A stretch of DNA of 64,000 nt from Nitrosopumilus sp. (GCA_965238275.1 OZ250186.1:192001-256000), one strand, 5' to 3'; positions 27,434 to 37,522 are shown, counted from the stretch's first letter. Notes: generated by a model from the letters alone, not told the origin. Numbers and translations: made by a program.

Positions 27434-28118
27434 CCACGCAGCAGAGCTGGACATGATGCAGATCACAGACTCCATGTTCCCGACTGGCCTCTTTGCAGCC
27501 TCAAACGGGCTGGAGAGCCTGTTTCTGGACGGGACAGTGACCACCGCAGAAGAGCTTGCAGAGTTCAACAGGACATGCATAAGGCAGCAGGTGGGCCCGT
27601 GCGAGTGCGTAATACTTGCAAACGCGTGCGAGGCTGCCGGGGCGTCTGACCGGAACAGGATAAGGGAGCTGGATGAGATATCCGGGTCTGTCAGGATGAT
27701 AAGGGAGACCAGGGAGGCCTCTGCCAGGTCCGGCAACCAGCTTGCAAGGTGCGTCGGCGGTTTTGCAGACGGGGAGGTCCTGGCCTGGTGGAACGCGGAG
27801 ATCAAGGAAGGAAGGATTGCCGGGACGTATCCGGTCTCCTTCGGGGTGTGCTGTGATGCCCTGGGAATCGGAGGGGAGAGGGCAGTACTTATGCTGCTGT
27901 ACGGCTTTGTGGCAGGAAATGTAGGCGCCTCGCTGCGCCTGGGAATGATCCAGCATCTCGAGGGTCAGGAGGTCATCCACTCCCTCAAGCCGCTAATCAC
28001 AGAGACTGCAAGAAGATATGCAGGTGCGCCGGTCTCAGAGGTGTGGCAGTTTGCGCCACAAACTGAGATCAACCAGATGCGGCACGAGAAGACAGACGCT
28101 AAAATGTTTATTACATAA
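27420..28118 (+). CDS. ureF: urease accessory protein UreF
   Basis: DSMFPTG.FA.S.GLE, RLG, C-terminal HE...KMFIT. Confidence 0.92.
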   Translation: MDTNSHAAELDMMQITDSMFPTGLFAASNGLESLFLDGTVTTAEELAEFNRTCIRQQVGPCECVILANACEAAGASDRNRIRELDEISGSVRMIRETREASARSGNQLARCVGGFADGEVLAWWNAEIKEGRIAGTYPVSFGVCCDALGIGGERAVLMLLYGFVAGNVGASLRLGMIQHLEGQEVIHSLKPLITETARRYAGAPVSEVWQFAPQTEINQMRHEKTDAKMFIT

Positions 28119-28135
28119 TGTCTGGATCTACTTGA

Positions 28136-28780
28136 ATGGGTAGGGTTCCCCGAATTGGAATAGGCGGTCCGGTAGGATCAGGCAAGAGCATGTTAATAGA
28201 GATGGTTGTGCCGGTGCTTGCACGGCACGGATACAGGGTAGGCATAATCTCCAATGATGTCATATCCAAGGAGGATGCAGACAGGATCAGGGCAAACCTG
28301 GCAACAAGACAGGAGCTGCTGCCAGAGGAGCTTGTCATAGGACTTGCCACGGGAGGCTGCCCACACACCGCCATAAGGGAGGATCCCTCGATGAACATCT
28401 CGGTGATAGAGGAGATGGAGGAGAGTCACCCCGAGCTTGACATTATCATTATAGAGAGCGGGGGGGACAACATAACGACCACGTTCAGTCCCATCCTTGC
28501 AGACTATTTCATGTACATCATAGATGTTGCAGGCGGCGACAAGTATCCAAGAAAGGGCGGCCTTGGCATCACCAGCTGCGATCTTTTGGTAATCAACAAG
28601 ACGGATCTGGCCGGCATGGTAGGCGCCAGCCTGGATGTCATGATGGAGGATGCCAGGCGCATCAGGGGGGAGAAGCCGTCCCTGCTTGTCAACTGCAAGA
28701 CCGGCGACGGAATCGGCAGCGTGGCCGGGCACATCATACACGACGTGCTCTTTGATGCAGGACCAAGGATTCCATCATGA
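28136..28780 (+). CDS. ureG: urease accessory GTPase UreG
   Basis: GGPVGSGKS, TGGCPHTAIRED, ESGGDN, INKTD. Confidence 0.97.
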   Translation: MGRVPRIGIGGPVGSGKSMLIEMVVPVLARHGYRVGIISNDVISKEDADRIRANLATRQELLPEELVIGLATGGCPHTAIREDPSMNISVIEEMEESHPELDIIIIESGGDNITTTFSPILADYFMYIIDVAGGDKYPRKGGLGITSCDLLVINKTDLAGMVGASLDVMMEDARRIRGEKPSLLVNCKTGDGIGSVAGHIIHDVLFDAGPRIPS

Positions 28781-29703
28781 GGGGGCAGGACTTTTACACG
28801 CCACTGGTACTTCCGGCCAGCATCAGGCAGTTTGACTCGGAGGCAGGGCATCTCGGGACGGGAGGCCCCGGAAGGAACGGATACCTCAGGGTGATACTCG
28901 AAGACGACACAGGGGGCAGGACCGTCATCAGGGAACAGTTCTCAGAGGCCCCCATGTACCTGCAGAGGGCGCTGTACCACGACCTGCACTGTCCCGGCAT
29001 GGCATACCTGTACGTCATGTCCACGTCAGGCGGCATCCTGCAGGGGGACAGGCACAGGATGGACATCACGCTGAGGAAAGATGCCATGGCGCACATCACA
29101 ACGCAGGGGGCCACCAGAATATACGGAATGAATGCCAACTGGGCAGCACAGACGATCAACGTGAGGCTGGAGAGCGGTGCCTATCTGGAGTTTGTCCCGG
29201 ATCAGATAATCCCGTACAGGAACTCCAGGTTCCACCAGGGGGTGGACCTGAACGTGCACGACTCTGCGGTACTGGTCTGCTCAGAGATGCTTGCCCCAGG
29301 CAGGGTCGCGATGGGGGAGTCTTTCGGGTATGACGTGTGCCATCTAAGGACTGCTGCACAGAACCAGTCGGGGATCCGGAGGTTTCTGGATGTCTCAAAC
29401 ATTGAGCCGGCAGTGCAGGGACTGGAATCATCCGGGGTGATGGGGAAATATGACATGGTCGGCTCAGTCTACATACTGGCCCCAGGACGTGACGTGAAGG
29501 AGCTGGAGGGCATCATTCATTCCAGGATATCGCAGGATGCAGAAAATGAAGGCGGGGTCAGCAGGATGAGGGACGATGCAGGGCTGCTGGTCAGGATACT
29601 TGGGAGTAGGGCATCAGGGGTAAGAGATCTGGTTCTGGGGATTACAGCAGACGTCAGAAGGACGTGCAGGGGAGCCCCGTTTCCGGATCTGAGAAAGAAC
29701 TGA
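28777..29703 (+). CDS. ureD: urease accessory protein UreD/UreH
   Basis: GGILQGD, ITTQGATRIY, PGRVAMGESF. Confidence 0.93.
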   Translation: MRGQDFYTPLVLPASIRQFDSEAGHLGTGGPGRNGYLRVILEDDTGGRTVIREQFSEAPMYLQRALYHDLHCPGMAYLYVMSTSGGILQGDRHRMDITLRKDAMAHITTQGATRIYGMNANWAAQTINVRLESGAYLEFVPDQIIPYRNSRFHQGVDLNVHDSAVLVCSEMLAPGRVAMGESFGYDVCHLRTAAQNQSGIRRFLDVSNIEPAVQGLESSGVMGKYDMVGSVYILAPGRDVKELEGIIHSRISQDAENEGGVSRMRDDAGLLVRILGSRASGVRDLVLGITADVRRTCRGAPFPDLRKN

Positions 29704-29749
29704 GCCACGCTGCTGCTGCTGCTGCGGCCAGGACGCCTGCATGCTGGTT

Positions 29750-32047
29750 CTAGTTGAGCAGCATGACCGGTTTTGAGGTGAGCTTGAGGACCTTTGTCGT
29801 GACATGGCCGTAGTCTTTGCCCGTGTTTCCCAGCCCCTTTCTTCCCATGGCAATCAGGTCCACCCCGAGCTTGTCGGCAAGCTCGACAATCCTTGTGGGG
29901 GGATCACCAAGCTTGACCATCCGGGAATAGTCGTTGATCTGTTTGGGCACCACGATGCTCCTGAGTACCACGCGGCCCTCGTCCTGCATCTGCGTGCTGA
30001 GATCATCGTCGATGCTTCCGCCATCGTCGGACCACTCTATGACGTGAAGCAGGTATATCTTGACGGAGGCGGCACCCCGGAACAGGTAGTTTGCGTTGTT
30101 CAGTGCGTTGAGGGATCTTGAGGAGCCGTCGACGGGCACCAGGATCTTCATCACCGGTTCCGTGTTAGGCGAATCCTGCTCCGGCTCCCGGTGTATGTCA
30201 GAGTCGGCAGCCTTTGTGATGATTATCCTGATGCTCTGCCTGGCCTCGACAAACGGCAGTATCACGACTGCAGCTGCTGCTGCAAACGCCCAAACCACCA
30301 CAAGTACTATCCATCCGGTAAACGACTCGACGGTAAAGACGTACTCGGTAAGATAAAACGACATCGGCCACACTATCACAAGGAATATCGTCACTCCAAA
30401 GCCGACCCGCTTGCAGAACTTGGATGCCCTTGCCAGCATCTGCTCGTCTGTGTCGTACTTTAGCATCGAGCGCACCTTGTCATCAACGAGCAGGATCTTC
30501 TGTTTGAGGATGCGAAAGTCAAACGACTCCGGAATGGCCAGACTGCCGATGACGGTAATTGCAAGGCTGGTGACTATGGCAGTTATGTTTCCTACAAGCA
30601 GCGGAGTCAGGCTCCCGGTAGAGGCAATTGTAATCTCGCCGGAGGCAAGGCTTGCAGACGTAATCCATGCCACAACCCCGCAGACCAGGCCCACTACTGC
30701 TGCCGATGTTGCAGCATACCTGTTTGTCTTGTGCCACAGGATGGAAAACGAGATTGGTGCCACGGCAGAGCCGATCAGAATACCCATCAGCAGGTAGACG
30801 TACTGCAGGCTGACCCCGAACTGGAAGAGCGTGGATGCCAGTATTCCCATGCCTATCCCAAACACCAGTATCGTGAGCCTGGAGACCCGGATAAGCTGCC
30901 GGCCGGTGGCAGACGGGCTCAGGTACGTCCTGAAGACATCGTAGGTTATCAGCGACGAGACGCTGACCAGCTGGGAGGAGCCTGCTGCCGTGACTGCCGT
31001 GAATACTATGGTAAGGATAAGGATCGCCCCCATGTCGCCCATCAGTTCTGATGCTGCAGTGGGCGCGACCAGCCCCAGCCCTATCTGATCCTGGGTCAGG
31101 GTTACGTCCGTCGCGATTGCGGCAAGCCCGAGGGTGGTGGCCAGGGTAAAGGGTATTGCAAACCACGCAAGGCCGCCGATTATGAATCCCCCCGTGGCAG
31201 CCTTTGGCCTTGCCGCAATGGCCCTCTGCCAGTAGGACTGGTCTACAAAGACGGTTCCAAAGTTTCCCACTATGTTGATTACGCCAAATATCAGCGCCCC
31301 GATCGAGGCCATGGTAAGAAAGCTTCCCATGGCGTTGCCCTCCACCGGCCTGAGTGCGGAGGCCTCAGTCAGCTTGTCGTACATTCCGGAGATGCCTCCA
31401 ATCTCCGGGCTGACAAAGTAGATTACAGTTACAAAGATCAGCACCACCACGAAGATCAGCGTCACGTTGATGTATTCGGCAAAGAACGTCGCCTTGAGGC
31501 CGCCAAATATGGTATAGAATATGATGCCTAGCGGCAGCAGGAATGCAGCCAGCGTAATGTCCACGCCCGTAAGCGAGTTGACCACTGCGGCGCCTCCAAG
31601 AACCAGCATTGCAGTGACTATGGTGTTTGTCATCAGTCCGAAGAACAGAAACACCTTGTGGGAGTGCCTTCCATACCGTACGTAAAGCATCTCAGGGAAG
31701 GTATGCGTCATGGGCGCCTTGCGCTTGAGCTCTATTGCAAGGATTGAGAACAATATCACCTGGATCGAGGCGCCTGCAGCATACCAGAACGAGCCGGCCA
31801 TGCCAAACTCATAGGTTACAGTGGAGGACTGGAGCAGGGTTGCAGCCCATGTCCATGCAGACACTATCGAGGAGGCGATAAGCCCGGTCTTTATGGTTCT
31901 GCCTGCAGTGTAGAACCACTCGGAGGTCTTTCTGGTTCCGAGCCACTTGGTCTCGGCCTTTACCATCAGGGCCACGGCCATGGCCATAATCAGTCCGACC
32001 CCAATCAGTACAAGATACCCGATATTCTCAGACAGAATTGCTGCCAT
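29750..32047 (-). CDS. dur3: DUR3-type symporter fused to a C-terminal universal stress protein (USP) domain
   Basis: DUR3 motifs followed by KILVPVDGS...GDP...DLIAMGRKG...PVMLL. Confidence 0.88.
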   Translation of the reverse strand: MAAILSENIGYLVLIGVGLIMAMAVALMVKAETKWLGTRKTSEWFYTAGRTIKTGLIASSIVSAWTWAATLLQSSTVTYEFGMAGSFWYAAGASIQVILFSILAIELKRKAPMTHTFPEMLYVRYGRHSHKVFLFFGLMTNTIVTAMLVLGGAAVVNSLTGVDITLAAFLLPLGIIFYTIFGGLKATFFAEYINVTLIFVVVLIFVTVIYFVSPEIGGISGMYDKLTEASALRPVEGNAMGSFLTMASIGALIFGVINIVGNFGTVFVDQSYWQRAIAARPKAATGGFIIGGLAWFAIPFTLATTLGLAAIATDVTLTQDQIGLGLVAPTAASELMGDMGAILILTIVFTAVTAAGSSQLVSVSSLITYDVFRTYLSPSATGRQLIRVSRLTILVFGIGMGILASTLFQFGVSLQYVYLLMGILIGSAVAPISFSILWHKTNRYAATSAAVVGLVCGVVAWITSASLASGEITIASTGSLTPLLVGNITAIVTSLAITVIGSLAIPESFDFRILKQKILLVDDKVRSMLKYDTDEQMLARASKFCKRVGFGVTIFLVIVWPMSFYLTEYVFTVESFTGWIVLVVVWAFAAAAAVVILPFVEARQSIRIIITKAADSDIHREPEQDSPNTEPVMKILVPVDGSSRSLNALNNANYLFRGAASVKIYLLHVIEWSDDGGSIDDDLSTQMQDEGRVVLRSIVVPKQINDYSRMVKLGDPPTRIVELADKLGVDLIAMGRKGLGNTGKDYGHVTTKVLKLTSKPVMLLN

Positions 32048-32189
32048 TGTACAGGATCAAAACCCACCAGCTATTAAAACGAATAATTCCAGGACGGCGC
32101 CTGCCAGCGCAGGACATGTCATGCGGGCCTGTTTCCTGAAGGCGGTGTGGTATGGACGCACCGGAGAGTTTTGCGTATCATCAATACAT

Positions 32190-32233
32190 GCAGGACCGCA
32201 TCTGCAGGACCGCATCTGCAGGACCGCATCTGC
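32190..32233. repeat. tandem repeat (GCAGGACCGCATCT)x3
   Basis: Three exact 14-bp units in the dur3-USP/Lrp divergent spacer. Confidence 0.85.
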
Positions 32234-32337
32234 GGGCCTTTGCATCAGACAGGCTCCGGACGCGGTATTTGCATACAATAACAACATAATTAAATAAATT
32301 AAATTATATTAAATACCAGTATGGTGATATAATACGG

Positions 32338-32874
32338 ATGGTAGACAGGATCGATGAGCTAATCATATCTGCACTCAGTCAGGACTCAAGGCAGAGCACC
32401 TTTGACCTGTGGGACTTTCTCAAGGGGTTTGGCTACAACATCTCAGAGGAAGAGATCGAGTCGCGCAGGAAGATTCTTGAAGAGGAGATCATCAAAAATT
32501 ATACCATCTCAGTAGACTCCAAGAAGCTCCCGGGCAGGGTAATCCGCGTAGACCTGGTCACATTCAGGACCTCACAGGCGCTTCCAAGCAGGCTTGAGGG
32601 ACTAAAGAGGTATCTCAAGGACGCGCCGTTTGTGATCTTTTCAGGCAAGACGCGCGGCGGATACGACTGGATTACGATAAAGTCGTTTCTGTCATCGGAG
32701 ATGGGAGACGAGGAGAACGACATATACAGGAACCTGTTTGGCGATATCATCCAGACTTATGAGGTGTATGACTTTGTTCCGCAGACAGTCGCCTCGCTTT
32801 ACGCCCTGTCCTATACGGAGGCCGAATACAAAAAGTTCCTCAAGGAGTGGGCCCCTCCGTTCATCGGGAACTAG
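32338..32874 (+). CDS. Lrp/AsnC family transcriptional regulator
   Basis: DRIDELIISALSQDSR HTH start, IIKNYTI linker, GGYDW RAM-type motif. Confidence 0.78.
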   Translation: MVDRIDELIISALSQDSRQSTFDLWDFLKGFGYNISEEEIESRRKILEEEIIKNYTISVDSKKLPGRVIRVDLVTFRTSQALPSRLEGLKRYLKDAPFVIFSGKTRGGYDWITIKSFLSSEMGDEENDIYRNLFGDIIQTYEVYDFVPQTVASLYALSYTEAEYKKFLKEWAPPFIGN

Positions 32875-32918
32875 TGCAGGCCAAGCAGGAAGAGTATACG
32901 TCTGGAAAATTAGAATAT

Positions 32919-33791
32919 CTAGCGTTTTAATTCCTTTTTGTACTTTATGGCCTCGTCGATCATGGAGTGCGTCCTTCTTCGGATGGTCATCAGGAACTGG
33001 ACCAGTTCTGCGCGCTCCTTGGGGCCTGCCTTGTGGGCATCATCTATCATGTCATCGAGTCTCGACAGGGTAATCTTGAGGGCAAGCATCGTCTTTCGAA
33101 TAATCTGATCCTCCTTTGATCTTGGCTCGGCGCGGTACTCGTAGTCCTCGGTCTGGGAGACAAGCTGGCTCTTCATCTTTCTAATCTGCCGGACAGTCAT
33201 CTTGTTGTCGACTATGTCATCTGCCATGCTGCCGACTGTCGGGCTTGCAAGATGCGAGCCGACCGTGGTAAGCTCCAGTGCCTGGCTGATGCTCAGGCTG
33301 TTTCCGGTAATCTTCTCCCTGACATCGCTGGGCAGCTTCAGGAGCTGCATCCTGTGCGAGACGTACTCTTCGCTCTTGCCTATCTTCCTTCCAAGATCGC
33401 TTACCCCTCCCCATCCAAAGTCCACCACATACTTTTGGTAGGCCTCTGCCTCCTCGATTGGGTCCATCGACTTTCTCTGCAGGTTTTCAGTCAGCTGGAT
33501 CTCAAATGCCTGCTTGTCAGAAAACTCGCGGATCTTGCAGGGCATGAACCTCCATCGGAGTGACTTGCACGCAGCGTGCCTTCTGTGTCCTGCAACAACC
33601 TCAAAGCCGTGCTCCAGCGGACGGATTACTATGGGCTGTAAAAGTCCGTGGGTCCTTATGCTCTCCTTCAGATTGGCAAGCTCGGGGGAGTTTTTTGGAT
33701 CGGCGTACCGGACAGGAAACTTTGAGGGCCTGATCATCCGCAGTTCTATTGGCTCGACCAGCGAATTGTCAAAACTCTCCATGCCCGTCAT
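32919..33791 (-). CDS. ParB/Spo0J family protein (no adjacent parA)
   Basis: L.ESI..HGLLQPIVIR, VAGHRR, ENLQRKSM.PIEEAEAY, HTH GKSEEYVS..MQLLKLP. Confidence 0.88.
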   Translation of the reverse strand: MTGMESFDNSLVEPIELRMIRPSKFPVRYADPKNSPELANLKESIRTHGLLQPIVIRPLEHGFEVVAGHRRHAACKSLRWRFMPCKIREFSDKQAFEIQLTENLQRKSMDPIEEAEAYQKYVVDFGWGGVSDLGRKIGKSEEYVSHRMQLLKLPSDVREKITGNSLSISQALELTTVGSHLASPTVGSMADDIVDNKMTVRQIRKMKSQLVSQTEDYEYRAEPRSKEDQIIRKTMLALKITLSRLDDMIDDAHKAGPKERAELVQFLMTIRRRTHSMIDEAIKYKKELKR

Positions 33792-34018
33792 GCCACATAC
33801 GATGGGGTTAAATAGTATTTATGATTTTTAGAATGACGGCTATTCCCCAGATGCGGGTGGTGCGTGCGTGCGTGCGTGCGTGCTGTCATTTCCATTCAGG
33901 TGCAGAATATGTCTGAGACGGGGTTACAGGTGAACCGTCCGGCTCGCCTGCACTTGCATGAGACCCCAAGGAACCTGCAAACCGAAGATTTTTTTATTGG
34001 CGCGCCCAAAGTCCAGAC

Positions 34019-34811
34019 ATGTCTTTTATTCAGAGAATCGACGAGATGATCGAGGACTACCTTCCCGCAGTTTAGCATCCATTCTACGAGATGTGGTCTG
34101 CAGGAGAACTGACGCAGGACTCCCTTGCAGGATACTCCAAGGAGTACTTTCAGTTGGTCAAGGCCGTTCCTTCATTCATGACGCCGATAATCGAGCGAGG
34201 AGAGAAGCCTGCTAAAGCATCCATTCTACGAGATGTGGTCTGCAGGAGAACTGACGCAGGACTCCCTTGCAGGATACTCCAAGGAGTACTTTCAGTTGGT
34301 CAAGGCCGTTCCTTCATTCATGACGCCGATAATCGAGCAGGCACCAGACGGCATCGTAGCAGAACTAGTCGAGAACAGGCAGGAGGAGTCTGATCACATA
34401 GGATCGTGGATCACCTTTGCAGGCCAGCTTGGCATACCAGAAGACCAGCTCACATCCTATGACGGGCTGCCAAAGACCCGCAGGGCAGTCTCTGATCTGA
34501 ACGGGCTGATGGACACGTTCGAGGGCGGCGCATGCGCAATGTACGCCTTTGAAAAAGAGATTCCAAGGATCAGCCAGACAAAGCTTGACGGCCTGGCCAA
34601 GTTCTATGGAATTACCAGTGACGCTGCAACAAAATACTTTAGGCTCCATACAGAGGCTGACATCAGGCATGCTGCATCGTGGCGTGGAATCCTTGAGGAG
34701 TCCTCGTCGAACCAGGACGACGACATGATTGCAATTGCAGACAAGTCAATCTCGGCACAGAACATGCTGCTTGATGCATGTTACGAGGAATACTGCCGGC
34801 AGGCCGCCTGA
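34019..34811 (+). pseudogene. CADD/PqqC/TenA-like diiron protein, 5' end disrupted by an internal duplication (longest ORF 34233-34811)
   Basis: EESDH, YAFEKEIPRISQTKLDGL and YFRLHTEADIRHA are CADD-like. Start ATG 34019 hits TAG at 34073; a ~120-bp segment is repeated at offset 142. Confidence 0.78.
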
Positions 34812-34859
34812 TCTTTAAAACCCCAACATTTTATACCCAAGAAAAAATTCATCTGCATG

Positions 34860-34933
34860 GGGCCCGTAACTCAGCTTGGTAGAGTAACCGGCTCATAACC
34901 GGTGAGCCAAGGGATCGAAGCCCTTCGGGCCCA
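34860..34933 (+). tRNA. tRNA with CAT anticodon, most likely tRNA-Ile2
   Basis: Cloverleaf with GGGCCCG/CGGGCCC acceptor and CCGG-CTCATAA-CCGG anticodon arm. The GGGCCC acceptor fits archaeal Ile2 rather than Met. Confidence 0.88.
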
Positions 34934-35036
34934 TCAACCCCACCACCCAAAGATTATCATGCGCAGTTTTGAAATTTACCACTCTTTTATGGAGTGGTGG
35001 AAAAGCAGGTGGTGCCATGCATGCCCGGGAATCATC

Positions 35037-36311
35037 CTACGTCCCCGAATCATCCAGTACCACGTATCCCCCTGACTGCGTGTACTGCCCGCTCAGACGC
35101 CACTGGCCCTCAGATATGCTCCATACCTCATAGTCGGCATCTGCCAGATCCCCTGCGTCATCGAACCTTATCTCGCCAATCACCCCCTGGTACTCCTCGA
35201 CCACGTCTTCAATGCTTGCCTTCATGTCATTGGCGTCTGTGCTCTGGGCATCAAGCATTGTAAGGGCCACTATCCACACCACATCATATGCTGCATACAA
35301 AAACGACTCCGGCGGATACCCCAGCCTCTCAGTCATGGCCGCCTCTACCTGCCTGTACTTAGGGCTGTCCGGTACGGACAGTGCAATCGAGTACAATCCT
35401 ACAGAATCTGCAAACGGCCCGGCAACCGGATCGTCTGTAATCCTATCATCCCCGATGACAGTCGTTGTGCCAAACCATGTCACATCATCAAGTGTCTCGT
35501 ATGACGCTGCTGCCCGTATGATCTCTATGTTCTCGCCGTAGCCGGAAAGCACCACTCCGACCCTGTCTCGCTCATTTGTCTTTACTGCCTCCTGCACCAT
35601 TCCATTCAGGTGACGGGCCACCTCTGTAAAGTTGGCAGTGTCAGGGTTGTACCTTATCCAGTTGCTTACTGTGCCGCCTCGTTCTGAAAAACCGTCCTGC
35701 AGCGCAGCTGTAATGCCGTCTCCCCAGACATCTCCGCGATAGACGTGAATCAGGGTATCCATTCCGTGGCCCCTTGCAGCCTCTGCCTGTATCCCTATGT
35801 AGTGGGTGTCTACTGCTGCCAAGCGGTAGACGTTGTCGTCTGGTACTGCAACTGCCGAGGCAGACGAGCAGCACGACACAACCAACATGCCGTTTGCGTC
35901 TGCATAGTTTTTGATGGCATTAACGTTGGCGCTTGCCACAGGCCCCACAATGACTCGCGTTCCCCGTTCATAAAGATCCATGGTCCTTTCAAGCGTAATG
36001 TCCGGCTGGGATTTGGTATCCTCTATTATCAGGTTTATGGCCCACGGATGGCCCTGCGTCTGAAGATACTCGTTGACGTCTGCCTCTGCAAGTTTTGTGA
36101 TTGCAAGGTACCCTTCTCCAATGTCTGAGAGAGTGCCGGTGATTGGCGCAAGAAGGCCTACTGGAATCTGGCCTGACAGTTCCCGAATCTCCGGTGCAGA
36201 GCCTTCGTCAGCCGGCACGCTACTGCCGATGCCAAGCGCAAAATATGCCACAATTACCACGCTGATTGCAGCTGCTGCTATTATCCCAATCTGCAGAATC
36301 CTGCCCTCCAT
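35037..36311 (-). CDS. membrane-anchored LivJ/K-type (PBP1) substrate-binding protein, orphan
   Basis: N-terminal TM, IPVGLLAPITGTL, IEDT...P, IVGPVAS, AYDVVW, G.I.FD..GD. Confidence 0.85.
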   Translation of the reverse strand: MEGRILQIGIIAAAAISVVIVAYFALGIGSSVPADEGSAPEIRELSGQIPVGLLAPITGTLSDIGEGYLAITKLAEADVNEYLQTQGHPWAINLIIEDTKSQPDITLERTMDLYERGTRVIVGPVASANVNAIKNYADANGMLVVSCCSSASAVAVPDDNVYRLAAVDTHYIGIQAEAARGHGMDTLIHVYRGDVWGDGITAALQDGFSERGGTVSNWIRYNPDTANFTEVARHLNGMVQEAVKTNERDRVGVVLSGYGENIEIIRAAASYETLDDVTWFGTTTVIGDDRITDDPVAGPFADSVGLYSIALSVPDSPKYRQVEAAMTERLGYPPESFLYAAYDVVWIVALTMLDAQSTDANDMKASIEDVVEEYQGVIGEIRFDDAGDLADADYEVWSISEGQWRLSGQYTQSGGYVVLDDSGT

Positions 36312-36534
36312 ACCACACCTCCGAAATGATGGTTAATATTTCTTGTAGGGTACGAGAGGCGGTAGCGCTGCATGATGAATTTGCAGCATCCGCACGGTAC
36401 CGGCCGCGCATCCGATCCTTTTGGATTCCCATGCAGAATACGGCCCGCCTAGGACTGACTAAACTGCCCTTGGGCCATACGAACAGATGCCATTTACAAA
36501 AGATTTTATGGTTAACAGGTGGTCATACTCTTGG

Positions 36535-36625
36535 GTTCCAGTGGTGTAGACCGGTCAAGCATACTGCCCTTTCAAGGCAGTGATCCCGGGTTCAAAATCA
36601 TTCGATGAAAGTCCCGGCTGGAGCA
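36535..36625 (+). tRNA. tRNA-Glu(TTC) with ~15-nt intron in the T-loop
   Basis: GTTCCAG/CTGGAGC acceptor, CTGCC-CTTTCAA-GGCAG anticodon arm. T arm CCGGG TTCAAA[ATCATTCGATGAAAG]T CCCGG; followed by CCA. Confidence 0.88.
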
Positions 36626-36655
36626 CCAAGATTTAATTACCAATAGCGGAGCTTT

Positions 36656-37522
36656 TTGAATAGTGCTGTCTTGAACAGAAAAAATATCGAGGTTAATCCG
36701 CTGCGTGAAACCCACGGAGAATACATCAACAGAATAAACAGGGCATTGGAAGACGAGCTTGCCACATATTCTGAATCCGAGTTTATAGAGCCGTTAAGGT
36801 ACTCCCTTGACGGCGGCAAGAGGATAAGGCCCGTCATACTGCTTCTGGCAGCAGAGTGCGTAGGCAGGACAGATGACAATACGCTTGCAGCAGCATGTGC
36901 AGTGGAGTTTCTGCACATGGAGTCCATCATACACGATGACATAATCGACAACGAGACCATGAGAAGGCAGAAGGATCCGTTCCACATCAAATACGGGTAC
37001 AACACCAGCGTCCTGACAGGGGACTTTGTCCTGGGACTGATCCTGGCAATATCGTCCAGGCTGGACAATCCCAGAATCACAAAGGATCTGGCGACCACTG
37101 CCATGCTGATGAGCGAAGGCGAGATGATCGAAAGCAGGCTGGAGACCAGCGAGGATGTCACCTTTGATGACTATCTGAAGGTAATCGAGTACAAGACGGC
37201 GACTGCCTTTGAGGTTGCAGCAAGGACCGGCTCGATAATTGCAGGAGGGGGCGCAAGGCAGGTAGAGTCGCTGACAGAGTACGGAAAGAACATAGGCATC
37301 GCATACCAGATAAGGGACGACCTGCTGGACTGGAAGAACGAGGACAAGTTATTCAACCTGCTAATCAAGAGAAGCTCGGATCCCAGGGACGTCTTTGACA
37401 AGATGGAGGAGATGCTGAAAAAGTACTCCGACAAGGCAAGGGCCGCCCTGAGAACGATACCTGACTGCGACGCCAAGGCAAACCTGGACAACCTCATAAA
37501 GTTCACATCATACAAGATGTGA
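36656..37522 (+). CDS. polyprenyl diphosphate synthase (start uncertain)
   Basis: GGKRIRP, HDDIID...RR, YKTA, YQIRDDLLD. Confidence 0.93.
   Translation: MNSAVLNRKNIEVNPLRETHGEYINRINRALEDELATYSESEFIEPLRYSLDGGKRIRPVILLLAAECVGRTDDNTLAAACAVEFLHMESIIHDDIIDNETMRRQKDPFHIKYGYNTSVLTGDFVLGLILAISSRLDNPRITKDLATTAMLMSEGEMIESRLETSEDVTFDDYLKVIEYKTATAFEVAARTGSIIAGGGARQVESLTEYGKNIGIAYQIRDDLLDWKNEDKLFNLLIKRSSDPRDVFDKMEEMLKKYSDKARAALRTIPDCDAKANLDNLIKFTSYKM

Noticed and set aside
34073-34075. In-frame TAG as pyrrolysine or read-through site
   Set aside because: No pyl genes seen; the TAG is created by the foreign 17-mer, and read-through would still frameshift at the duplication junction.
34860-34933. tRNA-Met assignment
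   Set aside because: The GGGCCC acceptor stem fits archaeal Ile2, not the initiator (AGCGGG) or typical elongator Met.
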